In this document: positions 28,664 to 39,034 of the stretch, piece by piece
How the letters are laid out: every line of letters starts with the position of its first letter
Numbering within the stretch: the stretch's first letter is position 1
Assembly (NCBI GenBank): GCA_038231135.1
Contig: JBBRLX010000015.1
Location: 1-64,000 of the forward strand
DNA length: 64,000 nucleotides
Origin: Candidatus Eiseniibacteriota bacterium
Lineage (GTDB): Bacteria > Eisenbacteria > RBG-16-71-46
Reading direction: 5' to 3'
Program-made: the position numbers and the translations under genes
The notes under the pieces: generated by a model
What the model was told of the DNA's origin: nothing
Database searches by the model: none
The model's input: only the letters and a program-made list of their open reading frames with translations

Positions 28664-29410
28664 TCATACCGGCTGGATCGGTCCGTCGCTCGACCCGTCC
28701 ATGAACTGCTTCAGGTACGGGTTGTCGGTGTGACGGGCCTCGTCGGCGGTGCCGGAAAATACCACCTTTCCCTGGTACAGCATCGCCATGCGGTTCGCCA
28801 CCTTGAACGCGCTCCCCAGGTCGTGGGTCACGACGAGCGAGGTGACGTTGAGCCGCTCCTGCAGATTTCGGATGAGCAGGTCGATGACGTCGGCGGTGAT
28901 CGGATCGAGGCCGGTCGTGGGCTCGTCGTACAGCATGAACTGCGGGTCCATCACGATCGCCCGCGCGAGCCCGACCCGCTTGCGCATGCCGCCCGACAGC
29001 GACGACGGCTTCGAGTTCTCGATATTCTTGAGCCCGACCCACTCCAGCCGCTCCGCGACGCGCTGGGTGATCTGCTCCTCCGTCCAACGCTTGTGCTGGC
29101 GGAGCGCGAACGCCACGTTCTCGCCGACCGACATCGAGTCGAACAGCGCCGAGCCCTGAAACAGCATGCCGAACCGCCGCCGCACCACGTTGAGCTCGCT
29201 CTCGCGGCGGCCGACGATCTCCTCGCCGTCGACCTGGATCGAGCCGGCGTCGGCGTCCATCAGGCCCACGATGTGTTTCAGCAGCACGCTCTTGCCGGTG
29301 CCGCTCGGCCCCAGCACCACGAGCGTTTCGCCGGTCTTGATGTCGAGATCGACGCCGTCCAGCACCTGTCTCGTGCCGAGCCGCTTCTTGAGACCGCGGA
29401 TCTCGATCAT
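28664..29410 (-). CDS. mlaF: MlaF-type ABC ATPase
   Basis: GPSGTGKS, LSGGMRKRV, YDEPTTGLDP. Confidence 0.93.
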   Translation of the reverse strand: MIEIRGLKKRLGTRQVLDGVDLDIKTGETLVVLGPSGTGKSVLLKHIVGLMDADAGSIQVDGEEIVGRRESELNVVRRRFGMLFQGSALFDSMSVGENVAFALRQHKRWTEEQITQRVAERLEWVGLKNIENSKPSSLSGGMRKRVGLARAIVMDPQFMLYDEPTTGLDPITADVIDLLIRNLQERLNVTSLVVTHDLGSAFKVANRMAMLYQGKVVFSGTADEARHTDNPYLKQFMDGSSDGPIQPV

Positions 29411-29459
29411 CTCGGTCCCCGCTCAGCCGGACACGGCACGCCGGACGGGTTCGTCACGG

Positions 29460-30179
29460 TCAATCCCGGAAGATGACGCGGAACAGCACGGTCGCGAGCA
29501 CGTAGTCGGTGACGAGCACCAGCACGCACGACGACACCACCGCCTTCGTGGTCGCGCCGCCCACACCCTCGGCGCCGCCCTCCGTGGCGAAGCCGAAATA
29601 GCAGCCCATGGTGGCGATGATGTTCCCGAACACGAACGCCTTGAGCAGACCCGACATGATGTCCTTCATGAAGAAGAAATCCTTGAGCCCCTGGACGTAG
29701 GTGGCGGGCGGCACGCCCACCGACAGCACGGCCACCACGAAGCCGCCGAACACCGCGATCGCGTCGGCGAACACGACGATCACGGGCAGCATCAGCGTGG
29801 CCGCGATCACGCGCGGCACGATCAGCACGCGGATCGGGTTCACGCCCATGGCGCGCATCGCGTCGATCTGCTCGGTGACCTTCATGCTGCCGAGCTCGGC
29901 GGCAATCGAGGCGCCGACGCGGCCGCCCACGACGAGCGCCGTCAGCACCGGGCCGAGCTCGATCACCGTCGAGCGCAGGATGACGGCGCTCAGGAACTTG
30001 AGCGGCACGACCGCCGTGAACTGATACGCGGCCTGCACCGCGGCGACGGCGCCCGTGAACAGTGCCACGACGATCACCAGGCTCAGCGAGCCCACGCCGA
30101 TCGCGTTCATCTGCTCGAGGATCAGGCTGAACGGCGGGACGCGGCCGAGCGACGACCGGACCATGTCGCCATACATCAT
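29460..30179 (-). CDS. mlaE: MlaE-type ABC permease (start uncertain)
   Basis: ELGPVLTAL, AELGSMKVTEQIDA, GGAEGVG. Confidence 0.92.
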   Translation of the reverse strand: MMYGDMVRSSLGRVPPFSLILEQMNAIGVGSLSLVIVVALFTGAVAAVQAAYQFTAVVPLKFLSAVILRSTVIELGPVLTALVVGGRVGASIAAELGSMKVTEQIDAMRAMGVNPIRVLIVPRVIAATLMLPVIVVFADAIAVFGGFVVAVLSVGVPPATYVQGLKDFFFMKDIMSGLLKAFVFGNIIATMGCYFGFATEGGAEGVGGATTKAVVSSCVLVLVTDYVLATVLFRVIFRD

Positions 30180-30265
30180 CGTGACGCGGCCGACGAGGGC
30201 GGCACCCTCGAGCGCACGGTCGACGATGAGCGAGGCTCCGCCATTGCGGGCGACCGACGTCGAGC

Positions 30266-32209
30266 TCAAAAGTCGGGCTCCGTCTCGCCCGGCATCATCG
30301 GGCTGTAGGGCACGAACTTCGTGCACTCGCGCAGGAACGTGAGATCGATGTCGCCGGTGGGGCCGTTGCGCTGCTTGGCGATCAGGATCTGCGCCTTGAG
30401 CGGCTCGGGCGTGTCGCGCTTGTAGACCACTTCGCGGTACACGAACATCACGAGATCCGCGTCCTGTTCGATGCTGTTGTGGGCGACGATCCCGTTCGCG
30501 ACGAAGTTGTGGCTGCCCGGCACCGTGGCATCGAACACCTCCTCCGTACCCACCGGCTCGATCGAGGCGATCGCGTCCCACACCACACCAACGGGTGCGG
30601 CGAGGGGCGCACTCGCGAGCAATGTACCACCGGCCCCGGCGCCCTGGGCAGCGCCCCCGAACGACCCGGTCGCGATCGTTGCGGCCGGCGCCACGGCGTA
30701 ACGGGCGGCGGAGCCCGCGGCCGCCGGCGTGATGGCGAGGTTCGTTCCCGGCGCGAGATCGCCCAGCGCCTTCCAGCCGCCGGGCGTCATGAACGGGTGA
30801 TTGGCGCTGGCCGTGACGCACCGCCCGGAGGCGAGCCGCAACTCGAACACCGGCTTCTGGCCGTTCGAGAACACGTGGGTCATCACCCGGCGCTCGAGGC
30901 CGCCGCCCGGGACCATCGACCACACCGGAATGCCGCGCTCGCGCCGCTCGAACAGCTCGCGCATCGTGACTTCGGTCCCGTCGGCGCGCAGCACGCGCGT
31001 GGCGCCGGTCAGGCAGCCGGACTCGCGCAGGTCGGACAGCTGCGGGCGGCCGGTCTTGTCGCGGGTCTCCACCGCGCGCGACAGCTGCGACAGCGCGATG
31101 ATCGGCGCGTTGAGCTCCTTCGCCAGCGCCTTGAGATTCCGCGTGATCTGCGAGATCTCCTGCACGCGGTTCTCGGACTGGCCGCTGGAGCGGATCAGCT
31201 GCAGATAGTCGATCACCACGAGCCCCAGCCGGCCCTCGGACTTGAGCCGGCGGCACTTCGCGCGGATCTCCATGACCGTCACCATCGGCGAATCGTCGAT
31301 CACGATCGGCGCCGACTGCAGCAGCCCCGCCGCGGTGGTGAGCCGCGGCCAGTCCTCGTTCGCGAGGTAGCCGTTGCGGACCTTGTGGAGCGGCACCTCG
31401 CTCTGCGAGCACAGCAGGCGCTGCACCAGCTGCTCCTTGCTCATTTCGAGCGAGAAGATCGCCACCGGCACCGCGATGCGGTTGCGCTCCCGTGGGATCG
31501 CCGCGTTCTCGGCGATGTTGAGCGCGAAGCTGGTCTTTCCCATCGAGGGGCGGCCGGCGATGATGATGAGGTCGCTGGCCTGGAACCCGGCGGTCTTCTG
31601 GTCGAGATCGTCGTAGCCCGACGGCACGCCGGTCACCGACGCCTTGCGCTCGAACAGCTGCTGGATGTGCTCGAACGCGGGCTTCAGCAGATCGCGCAGC
31701 GGCACGAACCCCTGCCGCACGCGCTGATCGGTGATCTGGAAGATGCGCTGCTCCGCGCGATCGAGGATCTCGGTGGTCTCCTCGCCCGCGGAATAGCACT
31801 CCTGCTGGATCTCGTTCGTGCTGTTGATCAGCGAGCGCAGGATGAACTTGGAGTGCACGATCCGCACGTGCTGCTCGAGGTTCGCCGACGTGGTGCCGGA
31901 CTCGAACAGCTGACCGATCGCCGCCGGCCCGCCGATCGCCTCGAGATCGCCGCGCTTGCGCAGCTCCTCGGTGAGCGTGACCACGTCCGGGCGCTCGTTG
32001 CGATTGTAGAGCGCCACCACCGCCGCGAAGATGCGCTGGTGCGCCACGCGATAGAACGCGGTGGCGTCGATCAACTCGATCGCGCGGCCCACCGCCTCGG
32101 GGTCGAGCAGCACCGCCGCCAGCACGGCGCGCTCGGCTTCGATCGCCTGGGGCGGAACCGGTCCGCCGGAAACGGGGGGCGATGTCGATCGCGACAGGGT
32201 CTCGGTCAC
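30266..32209 (-). CDS. dnaB: Replicative DNA helicase with intein
   Basis: GRPSMGKT, IDYLQL, LSQLSR, DLRESG|intein|SIEQDAD, KQRNGP. Confidence 0.97.
   Translation of the reverse strand: MTETLSRSTSPPVSGGPVPPQAIEAERAVLAAVLLDPEAVGRAIELIDATAFYRVAHQRIFAAVVALYNRNERPDVVTLTEELRKRGDLEAIGGPAAIGQLFESGTTSANLEQHVRIVHSKFILRSLINSTNEIQQECYSAGEETTEILDRAEQRIFQITDQRVRQGFVPLRDLLKPAFEHIQQLFERKASVTGVPSGYDDLDQKTAGFQASDLIIIAGRPSMGKTSFALNIAENAAIPRERNRIAVPVAIFSLEMSKEQLVQRLLCSQSEVPLHKVRNGYLANEDWPRLTTAAGLLQSAPIVIDDSPMVTVMEIRAKCRRLKSEGRLGLVVIDYLQLIRSSGQSENRVQEISQITRNLKALAKELNAPIIALSQLSRAVETRDKTGRPQLSDLRESGCLTGATRVLRADGTEVTMRELFERRERGIPVWSMVPGGGLERRVMTHVFSNGQKPVFELRLASGRCVTASANHPFMTPGGWKALGDLAPGTNLAITPAAAGSAARYAVAPAATIATGSFGGAAQGAGAGGTLLASAPLAAPVGVVWDAIASIEPVGTEEVFDATVPGSHNFVANGIVAHNSIEQDADLVMFVYREVVYKRDTPEPLKAQILIAKQRNGPTGDIDLTFLRECTKFVPYSPMMPGETEPDF
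30476..31015 (-). mobile_element. Mini-intein (180 aa) in DnaB, no homing endonuclease
   Basis: Starts CLTG, block B ASANHPF, ends FVANGIVAHN before Ser+1. Confidence 0.93.
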
Positions 32210-32293
32210 GGCGGATCCTTCCGGTGCATCACACAATGTCGTTCGACGGTTCGCGGCCGCTTCACGCCGGTGGGCGGGGGCCTCGCGGGGGCG

Positions 32294-33253
32294 CTACCTT
32301 ACACCCTGGGCCAGGTATTCACGAGCGAGAAGCTGCATGTCCTCCCACACCGGGCGTTTGTAATTGGGGTTCCTCAGGCATGCCGCCGGATGGTAGGTGA
32401 CGATCAGCTTGGCGCCCTGATAGCGGTACACCTTGCCGCGCAATCCCGCGATCGTGCCTTTCACGCCGACGAGCAGCTCGGCCGCGAATTTCCCCAGGCA
32501 GCAGATCACGCGCGGCTTCAGAACTTCGAGCTGGCGGCGCAGATAGGGCGAGCACATCTCGATCTCGTTCGGCAGCGGATTGCGGTTCTCGGGCGGCCGG
32601 CACTTGAGCACGTTGCAGATGTAGACCGAATCGCGGTCGAGCGGGACGCCCGGAATGAGCTGCTTGTCGTCCATCCCCTTGATGATCTGGGTCAGCAGCT
32701 GGCCGGCGCGCCCCACGAACGGCTCGCCCCGCGCATCCTCGTCGGCGCCCGGCGCCTCGCCCACGAACACGATGCCGCTGCGCGCCGAACCCACGCCGGG
32801 CACGGCGTTCGTCCGGGTCTCGCACAGTCCGCACTTGCGGCACGCGCGCGCGGTCGCGGCGATCTCGTCGAGCACCGGCAGCGCCGCCGCGTGATACGCC
32901 ATGCGCTCCGTGACGTCGATCGAGTGGAGCTCGGGATGGACGGGCGGGAGTTGGAACGTGGGCGTGGCGGCAACGGGCGCGTCTGCAACGGCCGCGGCCG
33001 CGACGGGTGCTGCGAACAACGACGAGGAATCGGTCGCGGGCGCCGGCCGGGGCGCGGTCGCAGCGATCGTCGCCACCGCCGGCGCCGCCGCCGCCCGCGC
33101 TTCGATCCGCGCCGTGAAGCGCGCATCCAGCCGGGCGACCGCCGCCGACTGATTCAGCAGTTCGCCGGTGCCGGCGCTGCGCTCGCGTTCGAGGTAGCGG
33201 CGCAGCGTGGCCGTGATGTCGGCCAGCTCCTCGTGAGGATTCCGTTCGCTCAT
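32294..33253 (-). CDS. Family-4 uracil-DNA glycosylase with N-terminal extension
   Basis: [30 protein letters not shown]. Confidence 0.93.
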   Translation of the reverse strand: MSERNPHEELADITATLRRYLERERSAGTGELLNQSAAVARLDARFTARIEARAAAAPAVATIAATAPRPAPATDSSSLFAAPVAAAAVADAPVAATPTFQLPPVHPELHSIDVTERMAYHAAALPVLDEIAATARACRKCGLCETRTNAVPGVGSARSGIVFVGEAPGADEDARGEPFVGRAGQLLTQIIKGMDDKQLIPGVPLDRDSVYICNVLKCRPPENRNPLPNEIEMCSPYLRRQLEVLKPRVICCLGKFAAELLVGVKGTIAGLRGKVYRYQGAKLIVTYHPAACLRNPNYKRPVWEDMQLLAREYLAQGVR

Positions 33254-34539
33254 GTGCGCTGCCCTTTCGCGGCCCGTGTGCGGCCCGCGCCACCGCGCGC
33301 CGTCCGGGTGCCAGGCTTCAAGCTCCGCAGCTCGAGGATGCGCGCGAACACGAGGTCGGCGACCTCGCGTTTCGACATCTCGGGCAGCCGCTTCGCGGAC
33401 CTGGCTTCGACCAGCGTGACCTTGTTGGTGTCGCCTCCCAGGGCGTCGGCGGGATCGTTCAGCACGATCACGTCCACCCCCTTGGCGCGGAGCTTCGTGC
33501 GCGCGCGGCGCACGCCGTCCGAGGTTTCGAGCGCGAATCCTACCAGCACCTGGCCCGGCCGGCGCGCCGCGCCGATCGCGGCGAGGATGTCGGGGTTGGG
33601 CTCGAGCTCGAGCGTGCGCGTTGCATCGGCGCGCTTGAGCTTCTCCCGCGCCGGCTTCGCGGCCCGGTAGTCGGCGACCGCCGCGGCCATGACGACGGCG
33701 TCCGCGCCCCGCGCCTCGGCCGCCATCGCGGCCGCCATCTCGATGGCGGTGCGCACCGCGATCACGCGCACGCCGCCCGGCGGTCCGACATCCGTGGGAC
33801 CCGTGACGAGTGTGACCTCGGCGCCGCGATCGCGCGCGGCTTCGGCGAGCGCCATTCCCATGCGGCCGCTCGAGCGGTTCGTGAGCACGCGCACCGGATC
33901 GATCGGCTCCTCGGTGCGACCGGCGCCGACGAGCACGCGCACGCCGGTCATCGAGCCGCGATACGCCAGCGAGCGTTCGACCGCGTCCGCGATGACGTCG
34001 ATCTCGGCCAGCCGCCCGGGTCCGACGAGTCCCGAGGCGAGCGGCCCGTCCGCCGGGCCCACGAGGATCACTCCCCGGCGCCGCAGCACGGCGAGATTCT
34101 CGACCGTCGCCGGATGGCGCCACATCTCGACGTCCATCGCCGGGCACACGATCAGCGGCACGCGGCACGCGAGCGCGATCGCGGTGAGCGCGTCCGGCGC
34201 TTCGCCGTGCACCAGCCGCGCGATCAGGTTCGCCGTCGCCGGAGCGATCACCAGCGCGTCCACGGCCTCGGCGAGATCGACGTGCCCGACCTTGCCCCCC
34301 ATGCGCGCGCGCACGCGATCGGGCAGCTCGAATCGCGGCGCCTGGTCACCCCACAGGCTCGTGACCACCGGGTTCCCCGACAACGTCTGGAACGTGAGCG
34401 GCGTCACGAACTCCGTCGCGGCGGGCGTCATCACCACCACGACGTGAGCCCCGCGCTGGCGCAGCCGTCGCACCAGTTCGCAAGCCTTGTAGGCGGCAAT
34501 GCCGCCGGACACGCCGACCAGCACGGCGCGTTCCGACAA
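33250..34539 (-). CDS. coaBC: Phosphopantothenoylcysteine decarboxylase/ligase
   Basis: GGIAAYKA, APATAN, PAM, NRSSGRMG, AAVADY, GFALET. Confidence 0.96.
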   Translation of the reverse strand: MSERAVLVGVSGGIAAYKACELVRRLRQRGAHVVVVMTPAATEFVTPLTFQTLSGNPVVTSLWGDQAPRFELPDRVRARMGGKVGHVDLAEAVDALVIAPATANLIARLVHGEAPDALTAIALACRVPLIVCPAMDVEMWRHPATVENLAVLRRRGVILVGPADGPLASGLVGPGRLAEIDVIADAVERSLAYRGSMTGVRVLVGAGRTEEPIDPVRVLTNRSSGRMGMALAEAARDRGAEVTLVTGPTDVGPPGGVRVIAVRTAIEMAAAMAAEARGADAVVMAAAVADYRAAKPAREKLKRADATRTLELEPNPDILAAIGAARRPGQVLVGFALETSDGVRRARTKLRAKGVDVIVLNDPADALGGDTNKVTLVEARSAKRLPEMSKREVADLVFARILELRSLKPGTRTARGGAGRTRAAKGQRT

Positions 34540-34570
34540 CGGCGCCGTCCGTGGCGATGGGGACCCGCCG

Positions 34571-34771
34571 TTACTCGGCGTCTTCCTCGTAGCCGTAGGG
34601 CACCTCGTGGCGGATCGTGCGTTCCAGTGCCACTGCCGTCACCTTGCCCTTGAGCGTTTCGTTCGTGCGCCGCTGCCATTCGTTGAGGCGACGCGCCTCG
34701 CGCGCGGCGACGATCGCCAGCTCGTACTTGCTGTAGCCGGGAGGCGGAATCAGGGATGCCAGTTTCGTCAT
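34571..34771 (-). CDS. rpoZ: RNA polymerase omega subunit
   Basis: SKYELAIVAAREARRL; gmk-rpoZ-coaBC synteny; SD AAGGAG. Confidence 0.85.
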   Translation of the reverse strand: MTKLASLIPPPGYSKYELAIVAAREARRLNEWQRRTNETLKGKVTAVALERTIRHEVPYGYEEDAE

Positions 34772-34774
34772 GCG

Positions 34775-35464
34775 TTACTCCTTATGGGTATGGGCAGGAG
34801 CGCCCGGCTGCACGCGCAACCGTGACACGCGCGTCCGCTCCGCGTCGACGATCGCGACCAGATGCTCGAGGGCGCGATCGATGTGATCGTTGACTACGAT
34901 GTACTGGTACTCACGATACTGCGTCAGCTCGGCCGGCGCAGCCTCGAGCCGGCGCTCGACCGCCTCCGGCGTCTCGGTGTTGCGGCCCAGCAATCGCTGC
35001 CGCAACGCGTCGATCGACGGCGGATAGATGAACACCGACACCGCGTCCGGCCGCACGCGGCGGACGCTGGCCCCACCCTGGACGTCGACATCGAGCACCA
35101 CGACGCGGCCGTCGCGGACTCCCTGATCCACCATCTCGGCCGGCGTGCCGTAGAGATGCCCGTGCACTTCGGCGGTCTCGAGGAACAGCCCGTGTTCGCG
35201 GCGGTGCAGGAACTCCTCGCGCGTCACGAATTCGTATTCCACCCCGTGAACCTCGTTTGGCCGCTTCGGCCGCGTCGTGGCCGAGATCGAGAACACGCAC
35301 TCCGGCCGCGCCACGGTGAGCCGCTCGACGAGCGTGCCCTTGCCCGCTCCCGACGGGCCCGACACCACGAACAGGAACCCGCCCGGCTCGAATTGGAAAC
35401 CGCGGTCGGCGGCGGAGCCGCCTGCAGGCCGCGAATCGGGCCGCGAATTGATGTCGGCGGCCAT
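34775..35464 (-). CDS. gmk: Guanylate kinase
   Basis: SGPSGAGKGT, TTRPKR, YGT, DVDVQG. Confidence 0.95.
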   Translation of the reverse strand: MAADINSRPDSRPAGGSAADRGFQFEPGGFLFVVSGPSGAGKGTLVERLTVARPECVFSISATTRPKRPNEVHGVEYEFVTREEFLHRREHGLFLETAEVHGHLYGTPAEMVDQGVRDGRVVVLDVDVQGGASVRRVRPDAVSVFIYPPSIDALRQRLLGRNTETPEAVERRLEAAPAELTQYREYQYIVVNDHIDRALEHLVAIVDAERTRVSRLRVQPGAPAHTHKE

Positions 35465-35472
35465 GGCGGCGA

Positions 35473-36351
35473 TCACTCGACGTTCTGCACCTGCTCGCGC
35501 AGGCGCTCGATTTCTTCCTTGATGACGATCACCGCACGCGTGATCTGCACGTCGTTGGACTTGGAGCCGATCGTGTTCGCCTCGCGGTTCATCTCCTGCA
35601 GCAGGAAGTTGAGCTTGCGGCCCGCCAGCTCGCTGCCCTCGATCAGCGATCGGAACTGGTCGATGTGGGCGGCGAGGCGGACGCATTCCTCGGTGCAGTC
35701 GAGCCGGTCGACCATCAGCGCCACTTCCTGCGCGATACGGATCGGGTCCATCTCCACGTCGCCGAGCAGCAACTGGACGCGGCTCGTGAGCCGCTCCTTG
35801 GCCTCGACCGGGCGATACGGCGCGCGCACGCTGACGAGGTCGAGCTGTTCGCGGATCAGCGTGAGGCGCTGCTCGAGATCCCTGGTCAGCGACTGGCCCT
35901 CGCGGGACTTCATCGCCTCCATGTTGTCGCACGCCAGGTTGACGACGTTCCTGACCAGCGACCACGTCTCCTCGTCCGACATCGCCGTGTGCTCCCACGT
36001 GAACACGTCGGGGAGCTGGGCCAGCGTGCGCATGTCGAGCCCGCTCGCGAGCTGATAGCGCGAGCGCAACTGCTCGAGCAGCGCCACGTAGCGGTCGGCG
36101 ACCGCCTCGTTGACCTTGAGCACCTCGCCCGACTCGCCGACGCCCGCCCACGTCACCGTGATGTTGAACTTGCCGCGCGAGAACCGCTCCTGGATCAGCT
36201 GCCGGACCTGGTCTTCGAACAGGCAGACGATCTTGGGCCCCCGCAGGGAAACGTCGCAGAACCGGTGGTTGACCGAGCGGATTTCGGCGGTCATCCGCTG
36301 GCCGTCACCCTCCACGTCGGCGGACCCGTAGCCGGTCATGCTGCGAATCAT
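35473..36351 (-). CDS. yicC: YicC/YloC-family endoribonuclease
   Basis: MIRSMTGYG, SVNHRF, GRKLNFLLQEMNREANTIGSK, EQVQNVE. Confidence 0.95.
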   Translation of the reverse strand: MIRSMTGYGSADVEGDGQRMTAEIRSVNHRFCDVSLRGPKIVCLFEDQVRQLIQERFSRGKFNITVTWAGVGESGEVLKVNEAVADRYVALLEQLRSRYQLASGLDMRTLAQLPDVFTWEHTAMSDEETWSLVRNVVNLACDNMEAMKSREGQSLTRDLEQRLTLIREQLDLVSVRAPYRPVEAKERLTSRVQLLLGDVEMDPIRIAQEVALMVDRLDCTEECVRLAAHIDQFRSLIEGSELAGRKLNFLLQEMNREANTIGSKSNDVQITRAVIVIKEEIERLREQVQNVE

Positions 36352-36467
36352 GCGGACTCCTGGAGTGATGGGATTGCGGGGGTTGGGCGGCCGGTCCCCG
36401 GGGTGGCCGGTGCCGGACTGCCGGACCATACAAGGTAGGCGAGGCCCGGCTGCGAGTCAACGACCGG

Positions 36468-36923
36468 TCAGGACGAGTCCGAATCGTCCGCGGGCGGTCG
36501 AAACAGCCCTTCCAGCTTGCGGCGGGCGGCCGCTTTCGGGTCCTGCTCCGGGCGTTCGGGAGGCTTCCCGCCGCCGAACAGGTTGTCGAGCTTCTCACGC
36601 GCCGTGCGGGTCGCGTCGGGGGCCGCCGCCGTGCCCCCGAACAGCGCTTCGAGCTTCGCGCGTGCGTCCGCGGGCGACTTGCCGGCCGGCCCCGCGAACG
36701 GGGCACGACTGAAGTAGAAGAATTCGCAGAAGTTCCGCCGCGCCTTGTCTTCCACGAGCTCCGCTTCCGTCTCGCGGCAGGAGTTGTTGCGGGACGTGTC
36801 GTAGTGCCGGCAATTGCGGCAGCAACGCAGGTCGCGGCCACACGACGCGCACTCCGCATCGCGCGGGATCGGCTCGTCGATCGTGACCGGCGCGCCGCAG
36901 TTCTGACATTGGAGCGAGGGCAT
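36468..36923 (-). CDS. Cys-rich (zinc-binding) hypothetical protein
   Basis: CxxC..CxxC..CCxxC..C..NFCEFF, then repeated ARxKLExLF helices. Confidence 0.8.
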   Translation of the reverse strand: MPSLQCQNCGAPVTIDEPIPRDAECASCGRDLRCCRNCRHYDTSRNNSCRETEAELVEDKARRNFCEFFYFSRAPFAGPAGKSPADARAKLEALFGGTAAAPDATRTAREKLDNLFGGGKPPERPEQDPKAAARRKLEGLFRPPADDSDSS

Positions 36924-36990
36924 TCGGAAAGGCTAGCACAACGCCGGTGGCCGTTTGCCCGGGCCTCCGGCATTGCCTAGCGTGCGGGGC

Positions 36991-38031
36991 ATGACCTCCC
37001 CTGCCGATCCCGATTCGCGAGCCCTGGGGCCCGCATCCGACCCCGCGCGCGAACGCGCTGCCGCAATCGTGCGCGCGCTCAAGACGTATGCGAAAAAGCT
37101 GACCCGCAAGCTCGAAGCCATTCGCGGCGACCTGGCCGAGGCCCAGCGGGCCCCGGAGTTCCGCCGCGCCGGCGAGGCGCTGCTGACCTACATCAACCAG
37201 GTGCCCGCGCGCGCGGCCCGGGTGTCGCTACCCGATCCCGCGGACCCAGCGCGATCGCTCGAGATTGCGCTCGACCCCATGGTGAAGCCCCAGGTGAACG
37301 CCGCGCGGTACTTCAAGCGCGCCGCCAAGGCCGAGCGCGGCATGGAGGAGATTCCGCCGCGGCTTTCGGCGCTGGAGACACTGATCGGGTCGCTACGCGG
37401 GTTGATCGAGAGAGTGGACGCCACGCTGGCCGCCGGTGCGGCCGCGTCCCCGCTCGATGCGGCGCTGCTGCGGGAGCTGGAGAACGCGTTCGACCGCATG
37501 CCCCCCAACGCGCGCAAGGAAGCCGGCGTGCCACCGCTACGCGGCGCGAGCGCAGTGGCCGCGGCGGCCGCGAGCGCGGCCGAGGCTGCGGCTTCGGGCA
37601 CGCCCGCCAAGTCAAAACGCGACCACACGCTGCCTGCCAAGCTGCAGCCGCGGCGGCTGCGGACCGCCGAGGGCTGGGACGTGCTGATCGGCCGCAACAA
37701 CGAAGGCAACGACCACCTAACGGTGCACATGGCGCGCCCCGAGGACTACTGGTTCCACGTCCACGGCACGCCCGGCTCGCACGTCGTGCTGCGGCGCGGC
37801 AAGGGCGCCGACGAGCCCTCGAAGCAGACCCTGCTCGAAGTCGCCGCCTGGACCGCGTACTACTCCAAGTCCGCAACCGCGGGCACGGTGCCTGTGATCT
37901 ACACGCTCAAGAAGTACGTGCGGAAGCCGCGGAAGGCCCCGGCAGGCACGGTGACATGCGAGCGCGAGAAGATGCTGATGGTGAAGCCGAAGGAGCCAGG
38001 GAAAGAGGCGTTGGCGGATGGGGAGGGGTGA
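36991..38031 (+). CDS. NFACT-R domain protein (RqcH/FbpA C-terminal half)
   Basis: IALDP...NAARYFKRAAK; IGRNNEGND, WFHVHGTPGSHVVL, KYVRKP. Confidence 0.85.
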   Translation: MTSPADPDSRALGPASDPARERAAAIVRALKTYAKKLTRKLEAIRGDLAEAQRAPEFRRAGEALLTYINQVPARAARVSLPDPADPARSLEIALDPMVKPQVNAARYFKRAAKAERGMEEIPPRLSALETLIGSLRGLIERVDATLAAGAAASPLDAALLRELENAFDRMPPNARKEAGVPPLRGASAVAAAAASAAEAAASGTPAKSKRDHTLPAKLQPRRLRTAEGWDVLIGRNNEGNDHLTVHMARPEDYWFHVHGTPGSHVVLRRGKGADEPSKQTLLEVAAWTAYYSKSATAGTVPVIYTLKKYVRKPRKAPAGTVTCEREKMLMVKPKEPGKEALADGEG

Positions 38032-38077
38032 TGAGGGCACGGTCGCCCTCAACAAACTCGATCTCCGAACGAAGCCG

Positions 38078-38968
38078 TCAATGAACTTCGTCGCCCATGG
38101 ATGAGGTGCCCGTTGGCTTGCCGGGCACCGCTGAAAGCACAGTCGGCGTCAACAAGCACGAGCCTCGTATTGATCCGGGCAACACGTAGAAATGTGCGTC
38201 CTTGGTGAATGAAAAGACTCGGAACAACCGGAATTGATCAGCCTTCTCCTCTGATACACGAATCTCGTTCCGAGTAACCAGAAACGGGTACGGCTTGCCC
38301 CAGTTCGTCGTTTTCACCTCGATGAACACTTCGCGACCTCCAGGTTCGAATGACTGGATATCGTATCCGGCTCCGTCGCCGTCAATGTGCGCAGTCCAGT
38401 GAACTCGCCTGGCCAGATCATCTCTTCCTAGCCGCGAAAGCCTGTTGCGCTCGATCTCCAGGATGAATTGCTCCCCCAGGTGTCCCAACTTGCGGTTGGC
38501 AGCGTCCCGTTGAGTAAAGTCGATTTGTCTAATGCTTCGTGGCGCCACATACCCTGATGGCTTCTCTCGAACTACTGGTTCGGGAGGGGTCACCTGCCGG
38601 TCGGGTTCCGCAAGCTCTGTGGCGGCCCTGACCGCCGGCATTCGGTCAGCGACAGTCTCCATCAACGCAACCAACGCAGGGTCGTGATCGAGATAATCCA
38701 CCACAGCTCTTGCCAAGAGTTGCTGAAGATTTCCGAGGGGCTTATAGCCTTCAATGAAGGGGAGGTTGAGATCGAACAGCACTGCACTGATGTTTTCGTG
38801 CTTTAGTTCGATCGCCCCATCGCTTCGACCCTCCAGGATCTTGGCCAAGTGCCGACGATGATCCGACTTGTTGTACTGCTGACCAACAAGCTCCTGTCTA
38901 AACATATCGAAATAATCGGCGACCGTTGCCGCAACCTCGGCGTCACTCCAAGGTTTACCTGTCGCCAA
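38078..38968 (-). CDS. DUF3883/NOV-type PD-(D/E)xK nuclease-domain protein
   Basis: GHLGEQF, DGAGYDIQSF, FIEVKTT; lower GC than its neighbours; TTG start. Confidence 0.85.
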   Translation of the reverse strand: MATGKPWSDAEVAATVADYFDMFRQELVGQQYNKSDHRRHLAKILEGRSDGAIELKHENISAVLFDLNLPFIEGYKPLGNLQQLLARAVVDYLDHDPALVALMETVADRMPAVRAATELAEPDRQVTPPEPVVREKPSGYVAPRSIRQIDFTQRDAANRKLGHLGEQFILEIERNRLSRLGRDDLARRVHWTAHIDGDGAGYDIQSFEPGGREVFIEVKTTNWGKPYPFLVTRNEIRVSEEKADQFRLFRVFSFTKDAHFYVLPGSIRGSCLLTPTVLSAVPGKPTGTSSMGDEVH

Positions 38969-39034
38969 TTGATCCCCCGTCGATGCTCCGGCCGTGGAAG
39001 TGTGGCTTGGCGTCGCGTTCGCAAGTTGAGAATC

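Noticed and set aside
29460..31799. 779-aa fusion ORF ending in MlaE
   Set aside because: The upstream portion is an alternative frame inside dnaB; only the last ~240 aa are MlaE
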